DNA of 13,367 bases from Candidatus Woesearchaeota archaeon (GTDB taxonomy: Archaea > Nanobdellota > Nanobdellia > Pacearchaeales > GW2011-AR1). Both the position numbers and the translations under genes were made by a program. The stretch lies in contig CAZJPU010000025.1 of NCBI GenBank assembly GCA_964548105.1, positions 1 to 13,367 of the forward strand, read 5' to 3'. Positions 6,525 to 12,800 of this stretch are shown here, piece after piece (position 1 is the stretch's first letter; the number at the start of each line of letters is the position of its first letter). A model generated the notes under the pieces. That model ran no database searches, was not told the origin of the DNA, and saw only the letters and a list, made by a program, of their open reading frames with translations.

Positions 6525-7645
6525 TTTGAATATTCAACAAATTTTCCTCCTTTAATTGTTTTTATAACAAACTCCCTATCCAAACTTCCATCTTTATTAA
6601 ACTTCATTTTTCCAGAAAGACCCTCATAGATTCCTAAATTAATAAAAAAATCTTTTATACAATCAGTGTCCTTTTCATTACATTCTTCTAAGGCTTTATC
6701 AATTAATAAAATTCCATCATAAGTAAATAAGGATGTAGCAGTAGGAATCTCATTGTATTTCTCTTCATATCTTTTTTCGAAATCTTTTTCCCCCTCAGAA
6801 TCTTTTGCATTATTATAAGGGAAAGTGTAAATAAGTCCTTCTAGTGCTTTTCCTCCAGACTCAAGTACAGAAGGCGATTCTATCCCATAATATCCATAAA
6901 GTGGAATTGAATAATCAAGTTCTTTAAGTTGCTTTGCAAATAAACCAATCTGAATTTCTCCTTGATCTATAAAAATAGCATCAGGGTTATCTTTTTTAAT
7001 TTTTAATATCACTGTCCTAAAATCCATTAGGTCCAAATCTGTGGGGTTTATTGAACTAATTTCTATTCCTTTCTCTTCCAATGATTCTGGCAGTCTCTTT
7101 GCATATTCCTGACCAAAATAATTAGTGCTATGGACTATTGCAACTTTTTTTAGATTTATTGATTTCATAAACTCAGCCATATAATCTGCTTCTGTTGAAA
7201 TTTGTGTTGCAAAATTTAAAACACTAGAATATTCTTCAAAGACAGCATCATCTAATAATCCTGTTGAAAAAAGCAGGGCATTTTTTTTATCAGCCATTGG
7301 AGCAATTGCTCTTAAACCAGAAACACAACCAGGCCCAATTATAATTTTTATATTATCTAGGTTAAAGAATTTCTGAGCAATAGTTACTGTTTCTTTTGGA
7401 TCACAAGCACTATCTTGATAATCTACAGAGAATTTATGATTTGTATCTTCTAATCCTAGTTCTAAACCATATTTTATTGATTCTCCCCAATCAGCAAAAG
7501 GCCCTGTTAAAGGAGTTATAAACCCGATTTTAATTGTTTCTTCATCACCCTCTTGTTTTGGTGAAATTGAAATCAAAACAACTGCTATAATTAATACTGC
7601 TATTACAATTCCTGCAATTAAATTATTTTTATTTTTATTTTTCAT
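6521..7645 (-). CDS. LivJ/LivK-like ABC substrate-binding protein, TM-anchored (SBP-C)
   Basis: 374 aa. The anchor is LIAGIVIAVLIIAVVLISI, followed by IKIGFITPLTGPFADWGESIKYGLELGLED. Its stop overlaps the livM start (ATGA at 6521..6524). Confidence 0.85.
   Translation of the reverse strand: MKNKNKNNLIAGIVIAVLIIAVVLISISPKQEGDEETIKIGFITPLTGPFADWGESIKYGLELGLEDTNHKFSVDYQDSACDPKETVTIAQKFFNLDNIKIIIGPGCVSGLRAIAPMADKKNALLFSTGLLDDAVFEEYSSVLNFATQISTEADYMAEFMKSINLKKVAIVHSTNYFGQEYAKRLPESLEEKGIEISSINPTDLDLMDFRTVILKIKKDNPDAIFIDQGEIQIGLFAKQLKELDYSIPLYGYYGIESPSVLESGGKALEGLIYTFPYNNAKDSEGEKDFEKRYEEKYNEIPTATSLFTYDGILLIDKALEECNEKDTDCIKDFFINLGIYEGLSGKMKFNKDGSLDREFVIKTIKGGKFVEYSK
7518..7645 (-). repeat. Near-identical 5' cassette, copy 1 (SBP-C start, anchor and linker)
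   Basis: On the given (+) strand, ataaacccgattttaattgtttcttcatcaccctcttgttttggtgaaattgaaatcaaaacaactgctataattaatactgctattacaattcctgcaattaaattattttt...cat matches 8641..8762. The differences are 2 substitutions and one 6-nt indel. Confidence 0.9.
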
Positions 7646-8762
7646 ATTTTACGGCCTCCTTGTTTTTGATAATATTAACAGAAGGTTGGATACCTTCTAA
7701 ATCTCCATTTTCATCAAAACTATAATTTCCTAAAACACCTTCAAAATTTTCTAAATCATAAAGATAATCACGAATACAATCAGGATCATCACTATTGCAA
7801 GAGTCAATTGCTTGAACTAAGATATAAACTGCATCATATCTTGCAACAGCAGGAAACTCTAAATCTGGAAGCTCTTGATAGGTTGTTTTATATTTTGTAA
7901 AATATTGTTTTTTCTTTTCATTATTTGTGCTTGTTGGATCTGAAAAATATATCATATCTTGTGCTTTTTCAATTTGTTGAATTTTATTGCTTCCTCCAAA
8001 ATAATTTCCATATAAATCTCCATTATAATTTAATTCTTCAAGTTGTTTTAAGATTAGTTCTCCTTGTGCAAGCCCACTTGGATTAATGAATATTGCATCT
8101 AAATTAATAAGTTTCAATAATTCGGTTTTAAAATCAGTTGAACCTGATTCAAAATATTCTTCGATAATAACTCCCTCTGATTCTTCAAATTTAACTTTAA
8201 ATGCGTCTCGTAGTCCTATTGTGTAATCTGTTTGTTCTGAGATTAATCCTATTTTTTTATGTTTTTTAATAATAGTATCAGTTGCAATTTCTGCAATATC
8301 AGTATCTGAATATGAATTTCTGAATATAAAATCTCCTAAATTTGAGATATCTGGGTGAGTTGCATAAGTTGCAAATAAAATTACCTGATTTTCTTCAGCT
8401 ATTGGTGCAACAGTTAAAACTTCTTGGCCACAAGAAACAAGTAATATATTAATATTATCAAAATTAATTAGTTTATTTGCAGCAGATAATCCTCCTTCTC
8501 CGGTACATTTACCATCTTGAAATACTACTTCAAGTTGTTTTCCATTAACTCCTCCTTTATTGTTTATTTCTTCTACTGCAAGATTAGTTGCTTTTTCATC
8601 AATTGATCCTAAAAATGCAACATTTCCAGACAGCGGACCAATAAACCCGATTTTAATTGTTTCTTCATCACCCTCTTGTTTTGGTGAAATCGAAATCAAA
8701 ACAACTGCTATAATTAATACTGCAATTACAATTCCTGCAATTAAATTATTTTTATTTTTCAT
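7635..8762 (-). CDS. LivJ/LivK-like ABC substrate-binding protein, TM-anchored (SBP-D)
   Basis: 375 aa. It has the same anchor as SBP-C, then IKIGFIGPLSGNVAFLGSIDEKATNLAVEEINNKGGVNGKQLEVVFQD. Its start overlaps the livH stop (ATGA at 8759..8762). Confidence 0.85.
   Translation of the reverse strand: MKNKNNLIAGIVIAVLIIAVVLISISPKQEGDEETIKIGFIGPLSGNVAFLGSIDEKATNLAVEEINNKGGVNGKQLEVVFQDGKCTGEGGLSAANKLINFDNINILLVSCGQEVLTVAPIAEENQVILFATYATHPDISNLGDFIFRNSYSDTDIAEIATDTIIKKHKKIGLISEQTDYTIGLRDAFKVKFEESEGVIIEEYFESGSTDFKTELLKLINLDAIFINPSGLAQGELILKQLEELNYNGDLYGNYFGGSNKIQQIEKAQDMIYFSDPTSTNNEKKKQYFTKYKTTYQELPDLEFPAVARYDAVYILVQAIDSCNSDDPDCIRDYLYDLENFEGVLGNYSFDENGDLEGIQPSVNIIKNKEAVKYEK
8641..8762 (-). repeat. 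Near-identical 5' cassette, copy 2 (SBP-D start, anchor and linker)
   Basis: This is the partner of 7518..7645. It encodes MKNKNNLIAGIVIAVLIIAVVLISISPKQEGDEETIKIGFI, against MKNKNKNNLIAG... in copy 1. Similarity collapses immediately downstream. Confidence 0.9.
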
Positions 8763-9640
8763 TTTGAACTATTTCTTTTTATTCCAAGTATTCCATTAGG
8801 CCTGAACAGCAAAAATAAGAATAAAAGAAGGAATGCTATAGCATCTTTATATCCTGAAGGCAAAAACCAAATTCCAAAGTTTTCTGTAAGTCCTAAAAGA
8901 AAAGCTCCAAGAATAGCTCCTGGAACATTTCCTATTCCTCCAATAATTGCTGCTGTAAATCCTTTAATAATTAATCCAGTTCCCATAGTAGGCTCAAGAT
9001 TTTGTTCAAGAGAAACAAGAACTCCGGCAATTCCTGCAATTGCACTTCCTATTATAAATGACCATTTATAGATTTTTTCTGAAGAAATACCTACGATTGC
9101 TGCAACATCCTTATTATCAGCAACAGCACGCATAGCTTTTCCTATTTTTGTTTTCTTCATAAATAAAAATAATAATGTTAAAAGAATAAAGGAAGTGATT
9201 ATGATAAAAATCTGTAATGGAGTTATTATTGCGCCCATTAATTCAAGACCTTTATTTACTTCTATATACCCTATGGTTTTAACATCTGCTCCAAAGAAAA
9301 TTAAGAGGAGAGATTCTATAAGGATTAATAATCCAAAACTTGCGATTAAAAGAATAATATTACTTGCTTTTCTTTTTCTTAATTGTTTGTAAACTGTTGC
9401 ATTTATTAATAACCCTAAAAGGGCAGTAGAGATAATTGCAAGAATTACTGAAAATCCAAAATTTAACCCTAATACTGAATATGTAAGATATAGGGAATAA
9501 GCTCCAAAAGCAATAACTGCTCCATGAGCAAAATGAACAAATTTACAAGTAGAATAAATTAGTGAAAAACCACTAGCCACTAAAGCATAGATAGCTCCTG
9601 CAATTAATCCATTAACTAAAAGTTGAGTTATTATTGACAT
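8759..9640 (-). CDS. livH: Branched-chain-amino-acid-type ABC transporter permease (LivH-like)
   Basis: 293 aa, polytopic. QLLVNGLIAGAIYALVASGFSLIYSTCKFVHFAHGAVIAFGAY matches the LivH N-terminal signature. Confidence 0.85.
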   Translation of the reverse strand: MSIITQLLVNGLIAGAIYALVASGFSLIYSTCKFVHFAHGAVIAFGAYSLYLTYSVLGLNFGFSVILAIISTALLGLLINATVYKQLRKRKASNIILLIASFGLLILIESLLLIFFGADVKTIGYIEVNKGLELMGAIITPLQIFIIITSFILLTLLFLFMKKTKIGKAMRAVADNKDVAAIVGISSEKIYKWSFIIGSAIAGIAGVLVSLEQNLEPTMGTGLIIKGFTAAIIGGIGNVPGAILGAFLLGLTENFGIWFLPSGYKDAIAFLLLFLFLLFRPNGILGIKRNSSK

Positions 9641-9666
9641 CTTTATATTATATGAAGATTTATTTA

Positions 9667-9674
9667 TTTATAAA
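9667..9674 (-). promoter_or_regulatory. TTTATAAA TATA-box candidate for the livH operon
   Basis: The octamer lies 26 nt upstream of the livH start at 9640. No Shine-Dalgarno-like sequence lies in between. Confidence 0.5.
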
Positions 9675-9710
9675 CTATTTTATCCAAATATAAATTATTC
9701 TAAGCCTAGT

Positions 9711-9772
9711 TCTGTTAAAAAAATTATGTTGGTTTTAGATTAAAAGTTCTATTTATTAATTTTTTCAACAGA
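9711..9772. promoter_or_regulatory. 15-bp imperfect inverted repeat (14/15) with 32-nt spacer in the livH/ppsA divergent intergenic region
   Basis: tctgttaaaaaaatt (9711..9725) pairs with aattttttcaacaga (9758..9772), with one mismatch. It lies between the two divergent promoter candidates. Confidence 0.35.
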
Positions 9773-9786
9773 GCCTGTAATCCCAT

Positions 9787-9806
9787 AAACTTTAAATATA
9801 AAGTTT
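9787..9806 (+). promoter_or_regulatory. ppsA TATA-box candidate (TTTAAATA, 9791..9798) embedded in the palindrome AAACTTTA-AATA-TAAAGTTT
   Basis: TTTAAATA matches the archaeal TATA consensus, and its centre is ~39 nt upstream of the ATG at 9834. Perfect 8-bp arms at 9787..9794 and 9799..9806 flank it. Confidence 0.45.
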
Positions 9807-9833
9807 CTTGGTTTATAATATAAAAGCGGTAAT

Positions 9834-12800
9834 ATGGAAGAAAAGAGTGAATCTAATCCAGTGAATGATATTGCAAATTCAATAGTTCAGAATGCTATAA
9901 ATAGTATGGCAGAAGATGGACAAAAAGCAGTAAATAAAGTTTTAGAAAATGGGGGGGAGAGTATTTCCCATAATAGTTCTATTAAACATGAAGTTTTAGA
10001 TGAATATGTAAAATGGTTCTCAGAATTAAGTAATAAAGATGTATCTATTGCAGGTGGAAAAGGAGCATCACTAAGTGAAATGTTTAATGCAAAATTTCCG
10101 GTTCCTCCTGGATTTGTTATAACAGCACAAGCATTTGATTTTTTTATTGTAAAAAATAAGTTAAAAGAAAAAATAAAATCAATAATAGAAGATGTTGATA
10201 TGGAAGAAACTTCGGATTTGCAAAAAGCATCAAAAGAAATCAGAGAATTAATTGAACAGGGTAAAATTTCAGAAAATCTACAAGAAGAAATTTTAGAATC
10301 CTATCGTATTTTAAGTACAGAGAAAATTGATGAAAAAGGAGTTTCTAAAGATGCATTAAATATTTTAAAAAATTCTCAAGAACCTATATTTGTATCAGTA
10401 AGAAGTAGTGCAACAACAGAGGACCTTGTTGAAGCAAGTTTTGCAGGCCAACAAGAAACTTTTTTAAATGTTAAGGGAGATTCTAGCTTGATTACGAACA
10501 TAAAAAAATGTTTTTCTTCATTATATACTCCTAGGGCAATTTATTATAGAAATAAAAAAGGTTTTAAAGAAGGAGAGGCACTATTATCTGTTGTTGTCCA
10601 AAAAATGGTTGATTCTGAAAAATCAGGGGTTGTTTTTTCAAAAGATCCTGTAAATTTAGATGATAATGTAATTATTGAAGCAGTTTATGGATTAGGAGAA
10701 GGAATTGTATCAGGTAAGATAAAACCAGACCATTATCTTGTCTCAAGAGATTTAAAGATTCGAGAAATAAAGGTTGTAAGTAAAAAGGTTGCACTTATAA
10801 GAACAAGTAGTGGAAAAAATGAGATAGTTAAATTAAGTGATGAAAGAAGTAAAATGCAAGTTCTTACTAATTCTCAAATACTTGATGTTGCAAATTATGC
10901 AATAAAACTTGAAGAACATTATAAAAAACCACAAGATATTGAATTTGCAATTGAAGATAATAAAATATATATTGTCCAGTCAAGACCAATTACAACACTT
11001 CATAAAAAAACTGAAATAGGGAAAATTTCTGGAACTGTAATTTTAGAAGGTTCGAGTGCTAGTCCTGGTGTTGGTGCTGGAACTGTAAAAATACTTCATG
11101 ATATGGAAGATCTTCCAAAAATCAAAAAAGGAGATGTTTTAGTTACTGAAATGACAAATCCTGATATGGTTGTTGCAATGCAAAGGTCTGTTGCAATTGT
11201 AACAGATGAAGGGGGTATGACAAGTCATGCAGCAATTGTTAGTCGTGAAATGGGAATTCCTTGTGTTGTTGGTACTGATGAAGCAACAAAATTACTAAAA
11301 GATGGTATGAAAATAACTGTTGATGGTAGTAGTGGTAAAATATATGAGGGAGAGGTAGCAGAAACAAAAGCAGTTGAAGTTAAACCTATTGTTGAAACTG
11401 AACGTATTAAATTAAAGGTTATTGTAGACTTACCAGATTTTGCAGAAAGAGCTGCTGCATCAGGAATTAGGGCAGTAGGACTTACAAGATTAGAAGGCAT
11501 GATTGCAAAAATGGGAAAACATCCTCTTGAACATGAAAAAGAAGGCACATTAGAGGACTATACAGAAAAACTTCGTGATGGTTTAGAAAGAATTTCTCAT
11601 TATTTTGATTCTTTATGGGTGAGAGCAAGTGATATTAGAACAGATGAATATGGAAGTTTAAAAGGAGCTCCAGAACGTGAGATTAATCCTATGCTTGGAT
11701 TTCACGGAGTAAGATTTAGTTTAAAACATCCAAAAATATTACAAGCAGAATTAATTGCTATAAAAAAGATTGCAGAAAAAAATCCAAATAAAAGATTTGG
11801 AATTATGTTTCCACAGATAATATCTATAGAAGAAGTTAGAGAAGCAAAAAAATATTTTAATCAAATAAAATTGCCAAACATGGAATTTGGAGTAATGATA
11901 GAAACACCTGGTGCTGTTCAAATTATTGATGATATTTGTCAAGAAGGGATTGATTTTATAAGTTTTGGGACAAATGATTTAACTCAATTTACATTAGGAG
12001 TTGATAGGAATAATGAAGATGTGCAATACTTATATGATGAAATGCATCCTGCAATTTTTTCTCAAATAAAACGAGTTATTGGGGCTTGTAGAAGAAATAA
12101 AGTAGAAACAAGTATTTGTGGACAAGCAGGAAGTAAAAAGGAAATGGTAGAATTTTTATTTAAAAAAGGAATAAATAGTATTTCTGTAAATGCAGATGCT
12201 GGTTATGAAATATCAAAGTTAATAAAACAATTAGAAGAAGAAGGAACTAGAGAAACAGAAGAGAATAAAGAAGATATTTCAGTTCAAGAAGATGTTCGAC
12301 CTGTTGTTCAAGAGAAGGCAATAGAACCAGAACAATCAGCAGAAGTAGAACAATCAGCAGAAGTAGAACAATCAGCAGAAGTAGAACAACCTGTTGTGCA
12401 AGAGAAAGAACAAAAAATAGAACAAGTGCAAACTAAACTACCTCAACCAGATTTACAAAATCAACAAGTTTCACAACCTCAACAAGTTTCACAAAATCAA
12501 CCAGATTCACAATCTCCATATCCTATTTTGAATAAAAAAAGATATATCAGACTTAAGAAAAAATTGAAAAAAATGCAAAAAAGCCCTAATAATAATCCTG
12601 AAGTAATTGAAAGAATATCTAAAGAACTTGAAGAATATAGGAAAAATAGAGATTCGTCTAATGCTCCAATATCTGAAAACAAAGATTATGAAGAAAATAT
12701 TGGCCCTATTGAACCTTTTAATAGTCTAAAAGAAATAGAAGAAAAAGCAAAAGAAATACATGAAGAAGTAAAACAAGAGAACTTAGAAAAAGCTAAAGAA

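Noticed and set aside
11225-11942. Minus-strand ORFs of 107 aa (11225..11548) and 63 aa (11751..11942) inside the ppsA core
   Set aside because: They are antisense to the most conserved part of ppsA (swivel and TIM-barrel domains), which is unambiguously coding on the plus strand.
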